Shown in pieces: positions 49,765-62,585 of a stretch of DNA of 64,000 nt (within the stretch, counting starts at the first letter, position 1; every line of letters starts with the position of its first letter). The stretch is taken from the NCBI RefSeq assembly GCF_016433145.1, contig NC_058130.1, positions 45,002,834 through 45,066,833 on the forward strand, given 5' to 3'. The translations under genes and the position numbers were made by a program. The stretch comes from Gracilinanus agilis. Taxonomy: Eukaryota. Below the pieces are notes generated by a model. It was not told the origin of the DNA and searched no databases. It was given only the letters and a program-made list of their open reading frames with translations.

Positions 49765-49995
49765 GGGCAGCTAGGTAGTGCAGTGGATACGGTGCTGGGC
49801 CTGGAATCAAGAAGACTCAGCCTCCCCAGATCAAATGTAACCTCGATACTAATGATGCAATCTCAGGCAAGTCAATCCTGTTGGCCTCAGTTTCCTCTTC
49901 TGTAAAATGAACTGGAGAATAAAATGGCAAATCTCTTCATTTTCTTTGCCAAGAAAACCCTAAAATAATCCCAAAGAGACAGTAATGAAAAAAAG
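49765..49995 (+). mobile_element. MAR1-type SINE
   Basis: gggcagctaggtagtgcagtggata..gcctcagtttcctc..ctggagaa..tttgccaagaaaaccc. Confidence 0.9.
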
Positions 49996-50004
49996 TTCCC
50001 CTCT

Positions 50005-50007
<3 letters not shown>

Positions 50008-50050
<43 letters not shown>
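50008..50050. repeat. (CA)n(TA)n microsatellite
   Basis: Direct reading. Confidence 0.96.
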
Positions 50051-50644
50051 AAACAAGTGTCCAGCTTTTAACTGATGACCATTACTACTTCCCAAAGCAT
50101 ACCATTCCATGTTTGGACAGCTCTAATTGTTTGTAAGTTTGGTCTTCAATTATCAAAGTTAGGCCAAAAAGGATGTCATTAACAAATAATTTTTCCAGAG
50201 GAACACACTCAACAGCACCCATAAAGGGAAATGGAATATGTTCATATACTGCTGACTTCCCCATAAATGAATTCTATAGAGGGTTGGCAATCCTATATGA
50301 GTTTCTGAATGAAGAGGTGCCTTGTGCTCCCTCTTTCTATAGAGAGCAAGAAGGGGTCTTGGCACTGCTTAGGCATTCCCAGGTGCTTGATACTGATGGC
50401 CAATTTTATATCTACAATGCTCTGCTAAATCTAAAATATACTTTAAGGTAGACAAAAAAAAAGATGTCCTGTTATATGGTGGTCACTGAAGATTTTCTAC
50501 TCTCTGAGCAGCACTGGTGTGATCACTTACAAATATATGAAAAATAATTACATCAAAAATGAACAATATTCCTGACATATAAGCACTAGCACTGTGATTT
50601 ATAAATTTCCAAGGTGATTTTTGTAGCAATATTTGAAACTAATG

Positions 50645-50750
50645 TTTGTTTATTCTTTCTTTCTTTCCTTTCTTCTTTCCTTTTCCTTCCTTCATTGTCT
50701 TTGCTTCCCTTCTTTCCTTTCCTAATTTCTTCCTCCTTCCTACTTTCCTC
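50645..50750. repeat. Polypyrimidine (CTTT/CCTT) tract
   Basis: Direct reading. Confidence 0.85.
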
Positions 50751-52371
50751 CTTGTGAAACACAACACAAATATTACCTAAATATTTCTCTTCTGTTTTAA
50801 AAATGACAATTCTTTCTTTCAAGGAAAAGAATATTATTCTGCCATTACGATTTTCACACACATCTCAAGAACAGATGTTTCTATTTTAACTTTAGAGGTT
50901 ATAAAACTCCTAAGTCCCTTCATTTTTAAATCAGAATAATAATAATAATTAGATTTCAATTTAAACTTTATAAAGTTTTTTTCCTCACAAAAACCTCTTG
51001 AGGCAGGCAAAATGAGAATTATCATCTTCATTTTCCATTGGAGAAGGTGAAGACTGAGAGGTTAGATGACTTTCTCACAATCCCACTATTAATTGAGTAC
51101 CTATATCCATATTTGACTAACTACATGATATCAGCATATTTAAGTGCCCTGGTACTATTCATTTTGGTAGGCTCACTGGCATGGATACTTTCTCTTTGAT
51201 TGGGATAACCAAAAGCAATTTTATTAGTATTTAAGACTAGACTTTCCTTTTTTTTTTTTTTTTTTTGGTAAGAAATACCAAGAAGATATAGAATAGGAAA
51301 TGATTCTGTTATGTTAGTAGAGTTCAAGATGAGTGATTGAGAATTTTCCTCCTATCATATGGTAAAAGTAATGACAAGGGGAATATATGATAGGAAGAAA
51401 AGATGGGCTTGTTATGGGGCAATGGTACGGGATAACAGCTATATAGTCACATTACTACACTCAACTGCTTGTAATATTAGGAGACAGCAAAAAACAAAAA
51501 AACAAACATCTAAAACATTGAGGAGATACCCTTACATAAAAATGTAGTATAACAAAGGTGTGATTTGGATAAATAGAAATGGATTGGAATCTGTACCATT
51601 GGAGTGAATTCCCACATTGATGCACCTTGCAGATCCATTTGAGCCTTCATGAATAGAATGATTGCTGGACTCAGAATCATAGAATCAAATTCAATTCCCT
51701 GCTTACTTTTGTACTACCCATATAATATTTGGCAAAGCACTCAAGCTCTGGGGTATTTTTTTAAAATCTGTAAAATAAGAATGTGGGACTATTGTTTTTT
51801 CCGTTGCTCATTGTTTTGATACGGTTGAGTCCTTTATTGAAAAGGATATAAATGAGATGAGCTCAGGAAAAGGGAAGGCATTTTGTTTGCTGATATTGAG
51901 ACCTTGTTTCTTTGCTACTTATCACCTAGAGGTGTGAAAGTGTCCTCTTGTCACCCTGGAATGCCAATGATTGATATTAGTGTCCACAGACAGAATGTCA
52001 TACATATGTTAGGGCAAGAAGCACATTGCTAACTCACAGATAAACAAACATGATGTTAATATGACTTGAATACAAATTCTATTTCCCCTGTGTCATAGCC
52101 TATCTTGCTTAGGAGAGTTTGGTGGCTGTCCTATTAAACTGGTATTTTCTCATAAAGAGCTGCTTTTATTCATACCAATTATTCTCTTATTTCTACCCTA
52201 CTATTCTTCACTCAAATTCAGTAAACTCTAGTTATCCTTAGGTGCATATATATTAGCATTTCTTCCATGAAGTAAATTGAGAATCTGACTCAGAGATGAT
52301 ATCTAAGGGAGAAACACCTCCTGTTATAAATATAGGTACACCACTGACTTAGAACCAATGCTTATATGAGG

Positions 52372-52372
52372 A

Positions 52373-52420
<48 letters not shown>

Positions 52421-52438
52421 GTATGTATGTATGTATAT
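52372..52438. repeat. (GT)(TA)n(TATG)n compound microsatellite
   Basis: Direct reading. Confidence 0.95.
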
Positions 52439-52714
52439 TCAATTGGGGATTGGTTGAACAAAGTGCAGCATAGGATTGTGATGGAGTACTATTGTTCTAC
52501 AAGAAATGGTGAGAGGTTGCTTTCAGAAAGAAAAAAATAAATAGCAAGACCTATATGATGCAAAGTAATCAAAGTGATGCACAGTAACAGGATTGTAGTA
52601 ATGATGATCAGCTGTAAAAGACTTGGTTACTCTGATCTTGCTATTTATTTTTTCTTTTATCAATTGTAGACTCTTACTTTTATAAATTTTACTCAGTTTC
52701 CTTTTTATTCCTAG

Positions 52715-53402
52715 AAAAATAACCTAGCTTTCCATACTTCACTGCAGTGCTATTTTCAAAATGAAGCATTGTTTATATTCATAGCAAAGGGTTGAAAGAA
52801 CCTATGTGTATTCATTGTGTGTGTTATTTGAGAAATTAAGCTTTTATTGGAAAAATTTGCCCTTAAATGTTGATATTATTTTATCATCTCTGGTACCATT
52901 TAGCAAAATGCTATTTCCTGTTTACCTCTTTTAATTGGTTTATTTTTGCTTTTGTCTCATCTGAGATCAGTATTGCTATTCCTCATTTTTTATATATATA
53001 TATGCATATATATATATGTACATATATATGTATTTTAAATTCATTTGAACCTTAATAGATTCTATCTCAGCCCTCTCTTCTAACTCTGTGTATATATGTT
53101 TCAAGTGTGTCTCCTGTAAACAACATATTGTTGGATTCTCATTTCTATTCCATTCTGCTATCTGCTTCCATTTTATGGGTGAGCTCATTCCATTTCCATA
53201 CAGTGATGATTACTAATTGTATTTCCCTCAATCTTTTCTTCTTTTTCTTTTTTCTCTCTCATTTTATCCTGTCTCTCCTTAAAAGTCTGTTTTATTTTTG
53301 ATGCTTTCCCTTTTATTACCCCTCCATATCTCTTATTCCCTTTTCCTCCTATTTTATGGGGTAAGATAGATTTTTATATCAAAATGATGGCATGTGTATG
53401 TA

Positions 53403-53437
<35 letters not shown>

Positions 53438-54597
53438 GGTTGTTATGTGCACTTGTGTATATTCTTTCTTTGAAATAATTCTTTTCAGAATATATATTTA
53501 TATCTATCTATTATCATAATATATCAACTTAAGGGTATCTATCTATCTATCTATCTATACATATACGTATATTTTTTCTTTCTCTGAACCAATTCCATAG
53601 AGTGAGGTTCAAGCATTGCTTTGTATCCCTCCCCATCTTCCTCTCCAATATAAACATTCTTCTTTGTATGAGAAAAATTTCCCCTTTCTATCTCCCCCCT
53701 TCTCCCTTCTCCTCATCATTTCTTTAGTTTTTAGAGATTATCTCAACATAATTGATGACTTCTAACTGTTCTACTGATGATAAAGTTCTTAGGAGTTACA
53801 TGTATCATTTTCCCATATTGGAATGGAAATAATTTAGCTTTCTTGCATCCCTTATGATTGCTCTGTCACATTTACTTTTTCATGCTTCTCTTCAGTCTTT
53901 TGTTTAGATTAAAACAACAATAAAAGACAATAATGGTATATTTTTTATAATATTAGTTGGTAAAATGACTTACATGTTTTATCTTATTTAGTTCTCATCA
54001 CAACACAGGGAAGGGCTATTCTTATCCTCCCCTTCCTGATGAGGAAACTGAGTCTGAGAGAAGCATCTTACCAGGAGTCAAATGGCTACTAAGTGTCTGA
54101 GGTGAGATCTAAAATCTCATCTCCATAATTCCAAGTCTAGAATTCTTTAGGCTCTACTTGTTTCCTCTGAGATGAATGAATGGAGGTTAACACTTAGTTG
54201 AAAAGAAAATACTGGGGCTTCTAAGAACAGTGGCATATACAGTTAGTGATGACATGTGTTAATGATATTTTTATCACGTACAGAGGCCAGACCTGGCTTA
54301 CACTGTACAAACCAAGAAAATGATTGCATCTAGAAGGGCAAGTCGCATTTAAAGAGCTCTTTATCGCTATATTAAACAACAGATGAAAAGTGGGGCACTC
54401 TTTGCAGCTTCAGACTAGGAGAAGAGAATAACAATCTCTGTTCTATCCTTACTTGATGTCAGTTATTCGATAGCAGAGGAGTGTTTTAAGTGCCAAAGAG
54501 AAAAATAACCGAGCTTTCCACACTACAGTGCAAGGCTGTTTTCAAAATGATGCTTTATCTGTGTTCACAGCAAAGGGTAGTGAGAACCTATGTGTAA

Positions 54598-54600
<3 letters not shown>
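52715..54600 (+). repeat. Dispersed direct duplication: 52715-52814 vs 54501-54600
   Basis: 81/100 identical, ungapped, offset 1786 bp. Confidence 0.9.
52860..53900 (-). mobile_element. Internal LINE-1 fragment (ORF1 end, inter-ORF, ORF2 endonuclease start)
   Basis: ORF 52976..53188 MSSPIKWKQIAEW..NPTICCLQETHLK is the L1 endonuclease N-terminal motif. Contains (GT)n at 53407-53435 and (TCTA)n near 53540. Confidence 0.9.

Positions 54601-54644
<44 letters not shown>
54600..54644. repeat. (TG)n microsatellite
   Basis: Direct reading. Starts at the end of the duplicated block. Confidence 0.97.
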
Positions 54645-54646
<2 letters not shown>

Positions 54647-55769
54647 GGGATTAAAATCCTTGAACACAAAAATTTCTTTTAGTATTGATCATCCCTGAAT
54701 ACATCCAAATGTATACTCCTATTAGAGAGGCAGAGCTGGGACTTTAGGGGTTATCTCATCTATCCTTCTAATTTTACAGTTGAGGAATGAAAGTCTTAGA
54801 GAAGGTAAGTGACTTAGCCAAAGTCACATAAATAGTAAGTACGAAAGCCTGAGCCTTGGACCTGTGGAGAATTCTTCACCATGGAGCCTGCTTTCATACT
54901 ATTTATTATATGCCTGCTATATTCCAACCACTGTGCTAGGTATGAGACCTATACAAAAAAAGTCAAATGGACATTGCTCTCAAGGAGATGTTCCAAAGGG
55001 TGGAAACAATCTGTTCCCAGAATATATGTAAAATAGATAACAAAACTAATGAGAGAGTGTAAAGATATCACTAACAACCAATAGGATCAGGAAAAGTCTA
55101 ATGTAGGAGAGAGCACTAGGCATTCCAAGATAAAATAGGGAGTAAGGAGAGCATCTCAGTCCCAGGGGATTGCCTGTGCAAAGAAGTGAAGGCAGAAGAT
55201 GGAATACCGTACATAGGGAATAACAGGTAGGACCATCTGTCTGGGGCAGACTGTGTAAAGGGAGGGGATACACAAATGTACTAGAAAGATCAATTAGTGG
55301 CAGATTGTGCAGGGCTTAAATAAAAAATAAGATATTTTATTTTATCTCAGACATATGGATAAACAAACAAACAAAAACGGGGTACACATGAAGCCGTGTG
55401 CACCTGCCCCTGTTTTATGCTTTTGTTTTTTAATATACAAATAAATTCAATATGCAACTTGCAAAAGTCATATAGCTTTTCAATTTTTTTTGTTTGTTTT
55501 GGGGTTTCTGTTTTGTTTTTGCTTTTGTTTTTTGCTACCATTGTCTTCTGCCTGACAGGTGAATAGAATGTGCTCTTATTTCATTACAGTATTATAATAT
55601 TCCTCAAGAAGCCAAGTGGTAGACTGGTTAGAGTCATGGGTTTTAGAATCAGAGAATCCTGAGTTTAAATGTGACTTTCAACACTTAGTAGCTATGTGCA
55701 CTGGGTAGGCCTCAGTTTTCTCACTATAAAACGTAGTAGGGCAAAATGATCCCCTAAGACTGATTTCTA

Positions 55770-56032
55770 GGGGCAGCTAGGTGTCTCAGGAGAGAAAATG
55801 CTACAACTTGAGTCAATAAAATCTGAGTTCAAGTCCATCCTCATACGTGCCCTAGCTATGTGATCTTGAACAAGTCTCTTAACTTCTGTCTCCCTCCCTT
55901 ACTTCAACTCTAAAATGGATATGGCAATACTGCTTACATCCTAGGATTTCTGTGAAGATAAAATGAGATGATATTTGCAAAGTATTTAGTACAGTGCCTC
56001 ATACAAAATAGATGCTTAATAAATACTTTCTC
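55770..56032 (+). mobile_element. Full-length MIR-type CORE-SINE
   Basis: ggggcagctagg..ctgagttcaagtcc..tagctatgtgatcttgaacaagtc..gtgaagataaaatgagatg..agtacagtgcct..gcttaataaat. Confidence 0.88.
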
Positions 56033-56344
56033 CCCTTCTAAATGTTCACCATGGTCCACTGCCTTTTTCACTTTCAATGGGGAAACATTCCCTGTTTCTT
56101 GGCCAGTCTCCAGGTACTAAAAATCTTAATTTTCCAAAGACATCTTTGTTTTTTTTCTTGTCTGCTCCTTGTCAAGTCTCCAAAGCTACTCAACCAAGAC
56201 CATTCACATTCCAAGGTACTTTTCTATAGACCAAAGCTTGCTTCTCAATTTCCAGTAATTTTTTCTGGCCATCACATAGGAAAATCCCTCCTTATTCCCT
56301 GCCACATTTTTTTCCTTATCTTTGCTTTGGTTCTTCCCTCAATC

Positions 56345-56990
56345 ATTAGTTAGTCATTCAATACACATTTATTAATCACTTACTATTGGCTAATACTGAC
56401 CAGGTGATGGGAAATGATTTAGTCCTTGCTTCCAATCACAAGGACAATATACATATCTCTAAGTAGACATAAAATGTATGGAAAAGAGTCATTGACAGCT
56501 GAGGGATAAATTGACATCATTATATAAGATGGTGCTTGGGATTAGTTTCAGAAAAAGATTCTAAGAGATGGGAGAAAGGAGGGGGTATATATTAGAGACT
56601 AAGGTCAGCCAGGGAAAAGGTACAGAAATGGGAAATAGAATGTCTTCTGTGATGAGCAGCAAGAAGACCAATTGGACTTATTTAAGAGAATTTGAAAAGG
56701 AGTAGTAATATACAACAAGTCAGGAAAGGTCTTTTGGAAATGCAAATTTGTTTGTTAAGAAGGGCAGATCCTATTATTGATAAAACAGTGAGCTACCAGA
56801 ATATATTGATAAGAAAATAACATGGCCAGACCCAACCTTGAGCAAGATCACTTAGCTCTGTGGAGAACAGCAAAGGGGAGAAAAATCAATGAGGAAATTA
56901 TGGGAGATGATGCTGGCCTAAACCAAGATGGTGGCTGTGCCAGAGTAGAGCAAGGGAATAATGATATATACTTGCAGATAGAATTTGCCC
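56345..56990 (-). mobile_element. LINE-2 3' region
   Basis: cattcaatacacatttattaatcacttactat is the antisense L2 terminus, followed by purine-rich L2 body. Confidence 0.6.
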
Positions 56991-59900
56991 TGGTTTTGTT
57001 TGTGGCTTTCCATGGCTTTCCATTTCTCAGTCAGGTGCCTAAATATCTCATCCGAGCTAGAGTCTTGCCAAGTCCAAGTATCTCAAAGACCTCTAACTGA
57101 GTCTGGGCTACAACAGCTCTAGGCTTTCTAGTCTTTTGCCTGAATTCTTTCTTCAGGAATCTCTAACAGAATTCAAGTTACTTTTCTATGCCTTTAATGG
57201 TTGCTAATAATAAAGTGTGTTAAAAACTGGGATCCCTTGAGCTTTGCTAACCAACTCTTGGGATAATTACTCTTCTCTAGAGACCTCAAAGAGCACTTTC
57301 TCCTTCCTGCCAAAAAACTATTTACAGCACCTCTCTTTGAAATATTAAATGAATTAACATATTAAATTAATGAGGTAGTATTGTATAATGAATAGCAAGT
57401 GGACCTCAGAACCAGAATGTCCTGGCTTCAGGACTCCCATCTGAAATACATTGTTTATATGATTCTTATCCTCTCAGTTCTGGAGGCAATTCTCTAAATC
57501 TATGTTACAGAAAAGGTGCCGAACTTCATTGATAAAGAGAGTTTTCCCATCTTGGTGTCTTATGGACCAATAAAAATCACAAGTTTATTTCCTCTCCCAG
57601 GTCTTGTCCTCTCTCCTGACTTTATCCCAACACTGTTGTTATCATTAAGGTATGCCTTTTATAGTTTTCTCTACCCCTCTAAGACAATGAATTGAAGTCT
57701 TAAAACTGATTTTTCCCTAGTCTTCCATCTTGCTATTGTAGCACTACCCCACATAAACTCTTCACCACCAACCTCTGCTCCAACTTTTCCCCATTTTTAC
57801 AATGAGAATTGCTCAGAATGGATCAATTATAAAATTGACATCTGGCTCTTAATGGATATTTCACACTGGCCAATAAAAGCCAGTGGCTGCTCCTTCATCA
57901 TGGGAAGAAATGAGGAAGATTTCCTGTCATCTCTCTCAAAGTTTTTGGCCCTATGCAGTACCACCTCTTTCAAAGGTGAGAAGATGCCCAGCAGAATTAG
58001 TCTTGATTTATTTGTCATACTACTATGCCCATGCCCAGAACCCATTTGGGGAACAGTGGAGGGGTAGGGTTAGAGATAGAAAACAGAACTCAGTTTTTTC
58101 TTATTTAATTTATTTTTTTTTACATGTTGATACAATTCCGGAGATTCAGATTACCCCCCCCATCTGTATGGCATGGCTTATATGATAAAACCAGGGATTG
58201 TACTGATGTGCCTGGAGAGGAACCCTGACACTTCATAACTTGTGGCTGACATTGCAAGAGAGTCAACAGATAAAGACTCAACAAACATAGAGAGAAATGG
58301 TGACTAGCCTTAAGACATACAGATGGATTAGTACAAACCAAAGCCTTAGTCAGTCCAACACATGACCATCCACAGACATGCTCTCTCCCCAAGAATTGTT
58401 CAGCTTTGCTAAACCTAGTCCAAGCTAATCCAATCCAATCCAAACCAATGCAATTACTAAGTGTCAAATGATACTCTAGAAATTGCTGATTCTACCATAA
58501 AACCCCACAAGTGCCTGTTATCAAGAGCTGATAGTCTATATCAGAATTCACCTAAATAGTAAAGACAAAGTTCTAAAGGTTATTTCAAATATAAACCTCC
58601 AGAATATTCATCTAGATCCATGTCTGTGCTAACATAAGGCTGTCTTTAGATCTATTAGTGTGACACTTCTTTCCAAGCAAAAAAGCAACCATATTAAAGG
58701 AACCATGCTTCATCCCTGAAAGACCTTCTCACAGGGATCAAAGAATGGGGCTATGAAAGCAAGACAGCCTTTGTACATACTCCCAATGGAGTGTGATGTT
58801 TGTGGCAGGTCAGCTCTCAGAGAATGGAAAATTGATGGTCAAGGGCTGTGTGATTTTCAGGATCATCAGCTGAAAGATGGCTTTATCAGCCTGCAGCAGA
58901 TAGATCAGCTTACATAGAGAGAGCACAGAAATGATCTTGGGTTGGGAGATGGAATGGGCTGGAAGGAGAGCAGGCACATTTGGATCTGAGAGAAAAATTT
59001 GGAGCCCAACACACAGAAATAAAAGTTTAGTTTATTCAAAGATAGAAGGTAACCCAAAGCTTAAGACAGATTACTGAATAAAACAATGAGAAGTTGAAGA
59101 AAACTTCCTCAAGAAAAAAAGTTTCTTATATATTTATATGTGTGTATATATAGAAATGGATACATGTAAATATTTGAACTTATTGAGTTCATTTATATTT
59201 ATTTTATAATAATTAAATGTCATTTCCAGAGTTTTTGAAAAATAAAAATAATTGATACATATTTCTTGGTTTCCTATTTCTTTCATTTATCTACATTTTC
59301 TATTAATTAAAAAATAGGTTCCTTTTCTGCAGTGAGAAGAAACTTGAGAATGATTTTAATTACATTAAGAATACTGTGCCATGAAACAAATAAATGTGGA
59401 TTAGGAAAGTTGATTAGATATAATCAGTTATACCAATAATAACAATAAAGAAAACTCCTGAAGTAAAGAGATCCTTGTGACCTTGAATACAGGTATTATT
59501 ACTATATGAAGATTGTTTGACTTTAATTTTTATTAATGTAGATAATGGCTTACATGAGCCTTATGGAGGCATTATGGGCACTCTAAAATTTAATTAGATT
59601 TTTAGAGCTTCAGTTAATGTCTTTTTTTTGGATTATACAATCCAGGGGCATCACCAGCAGGCTTCAGCCCTTTTGTTTCTAAAACCTTGAAACCATTTTA
59701 GATCTTTGTATTTTCATTTCAAAGAAGTAGCAAACCATATAAATTAGCAAACATTAGTGTTTTTTATAAATGTACTATTTATATACATAAAGTATATCAT
59801 AATTTTTATTTTAAAATTTCAGTGATTTTTTTCTTTTCAATTATATTGTTGCTTTCTTCCTTATAATTATGAATTCTATAATTCCACATATGATCACATT

Positions 59901-60257
59901 CCCAGAAAATTATTTAAATCCCCTCCTTTAAAAGCTAGGTGTTTTTTCCTTGATGTTACATTCTGAAAAAAAAATTTAAATACAAGTTATTTTTGTTGAA
60001 GTGTCCATGAGCTTCATGATTTTTTCATTTTTATGTTCTCTAAATTGCTATGTTCTGATCACATTAGTGATATTGCAAGAACTCGAGTAAGTACTTTACA
60101 GAACAAAATACTTTAAGGAAGAATTTTGTCAACTTCTCTTTGCCACTACCCCAGGAGTCTACCTCAACCTTTATACACTTAACTGGTTCTCTCACTTCCT
60201 TTGGGGTCCCCTGACCTATATCCTAACTCACTTCCCTGTTCCATCTCTTCCCAATAG

Positions 60258-60281
60258 TATATATATATATATATATATATA
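60258..60281. repeat. (TA)n microsatellite
   Basis: Direct reading. Confidence 0.95.
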
Positions 60282-61807
60282 CCATTTTATTAGCAGAAAT
60301 GTTTTATACTTAAACATTAAATGAAATTTAGTAAAAAAAATCACACATTAAAAGAAATGTGTTGCTGTCTTAATGTTGGTAGAAGAGCATGAAATTAGAG
60401 TTGGGCTTTGCTGATATATTGACTGCTTTATTTAAAGTGATTTTTAAAAATTTTTTCATCATAACAGATGAAATTCAGGTGTGCTGTGGGAAGACGTATT
60501 TTATGAGGTGACAAAATTCATATGGAAACAATGAATATCAAAAGATGTTAAATTAGCACACAAAGGCACTTATTTCTAAATAAGCAATTCTGTCAAAATA
60601 AGTTAATTAAAGTCACTATTCCAAATAGTTGGTAAATTATGTAATTTTGGTCAGATTTTGGCAAATCAGTTTCAGACCAGAAAATTCCAACAGTGAAAAT
60701 AAGTCATTCTTACAAATTTTGTAGCTCTTTTATTCTTAAATCACATTAATTTGTCAATATCACCCTGTTCCATAAATCCATCCCTAATAACAAAGAGTAA
60801 AAATTAAAGAGAAAAACAAAGGCAAGAAAGAAAAATCAATCCAATTCCTCAAATGTATCTGCCAGTGTATGCAATATCCCATACACATAAACTTGGACCT
60901 CTGCAATGGAGAAAAGTAAATTTTCTCAACTCTTCTCTAATGTCTTGCTTAGTGTTTATAATTATAAAACATTTGATTCCATTTTATTTTTCTCATGATT
61001 CTATTTCATCATTGTTTATATTATTCATTCATTTTTTATATTTATTTATATTGTTAATTTATATTTTAGGTTCTTCTGACATTTATCTGCATCAGTTATC
61101 CCATAACTCTTTGGATTCTTCCTATGTACAAAATTTTAGTATTGATGAATGTGGATAAAAGCCATTTTGAATAATAATTTTGGAAACACTTGATTAGTAT
61201 CAATTTTATATGACCTTTGCCTGATGGGCATAGTAGCCTTCTATAAAAGTACACCCAAGAAAATTGAGAAAGTAAGAGTATGTAGGTGTCAAGGAGGCAG
61301 CTGTCACTGGTTTTTGACCCTGAGTCATCATTAGGCAGCACTATGATGGACTCTTAGCCCAAGTCCTTAGACACTTTGAAGCACAAGCTGCTACATAAGA
61401 CTCTGATGGACACAGAAAATGTAAGAGAACCCAAAGATAGACTGGGAATGCCTGTCAGTGAACCGGAGTTTTCAGTGTCAAAGTTTATCCACATTTACCA
61501 CTCATCTGCCTCTCTTGAATGATAGCTTAGAGGCAGCCCAGCATTCCAGAATTTGAAGTCTGGAGGACAGGGATTCAAATCCTTCCTCTAATACTTCCTT
61601 CCTGTGTGATCTTTGCGGAATCATTTAATCTCTCTAGATTTAGTTTCTTATCTTGATATGATTGTTGGGAAGATCAAAAGAGACAAGTCAGGTAAACCAA
61701 TTTGCAGGTTTTGAAGCACTATATAAGCAGGAACTATTATTTTTATTTCACCTGCCACCTAGGTAGCTATATAGCCATTAGATGCCATTTAAAGAGCACT
61801 GACCCAA

Positions 61808-62012
61808 GGGCAGCTAAGTGGCTCAGTAGATAAGGAGCCAGTCCTGGAGACAGGAGTTCTAGTGTTTAAATCTGGCCTCAGACATATCCTAACTGTATGA
61901 CCCTGGGCAAGTCACTTTACCCCCATTGCCTAGTTCCTACTGCTCTTCTGTCTTGGAACCAATACTTAATATTCATTCAAAGAGAAAACATAAAGATGTT
62001 TTTTAAAAAAAA
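61808..62012 (+). mobile_element. SINE1_Mdo-type SINE, full length
   Basis: gggcagctaagtggctcagtaga..aaatctggcctcagac..gaccctgggcaagtcact..cccattgcctag..cttggaaccaatac..A tail. Confidence 0.93.
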
Positions 62013-62341
62013 CACCATCCCAGAAATTCTAGTTCTCTCTGGGTTTACCTTTTGTTGTTTGAAGTATCAGAATGGCAGAAAGATTGATGCCTCCATTAGA
62101 AATATTAATAGCCATTGTTGCTCCTTTACTCCCATAATTCAATTGCTCTCCCTCCATGATTGTGGTGACAATTAAACTGTGCCTTTTGTATTGTGAATGA
62201 TTATATGTTCTGTCCTTTCACTGCAACAATAAGCACTACTGGCTTTCTCGTGCCTCTAAATGCCTCCCAGAAAGGAGGAAGAAAGACCCTTCAGGTCTAG
62301 TAATTATATGAGGACTCTAATTATTCTGCGTCTTTATTTAT

Positions 62342-62585
62342 CTTTTTGTTGTTGTTCAGTCATTTTGGCTGTGTCTGGTTTTCATGATCTCATTTAGAGT
62401 TTCCTTAGGAAAGATACTAGAGTCGTTTGCCATTTCCTTCTCCAGCTAATTTTACAGATGAAGAAACTGAGGGAGAGTTAAATGACTTTCCCAGGGTCAC
62501 ATAGCTAAGTGTCTGAGACCATATCTGAATTTAGGAAGAAGAATCTTCCTTACACCACCCAGTGCTTTATCCACTGTGCCACCCC
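62342..62585 (-). mobile_element. MAR1-type SINE
   Basis: (gtt)n tail, ttgccatttccttctccagct..ttttacagatgaagaaactgagg..cccagggtcacatag. Confidence 0.9.

Noticed and set aside
54780-54804. 25-nt micro-exon TTTTACAG|..AAG|GTAAGT
   Set aside because: Inside an antisense MIR core and frame-shifting; a common artefact.
55374-55416. Imperfect GC hairpin AAAACGGGGTACAC..GTGCACCTGCCCCTGTTTT
   Set aside because: Short interrupted stems, compatible with chance.
58110-58470. Possible LTR fragment (also 57000-57330)
   Set aside because: No matching TG..CA termini with a TSD could be established, so it is left unassigned.
58786-58917. 43-aa sORF MECDVCGRSALREWKIDGQGLCDFQDHQLK.. resembling a zinc knuckle
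   Set aside because: Weak start context, ligand spacing fits no zinc-finger family I can name, and there is no supporting exon structure. Likely chance, although the surrounding unique block could be checked for conservation.
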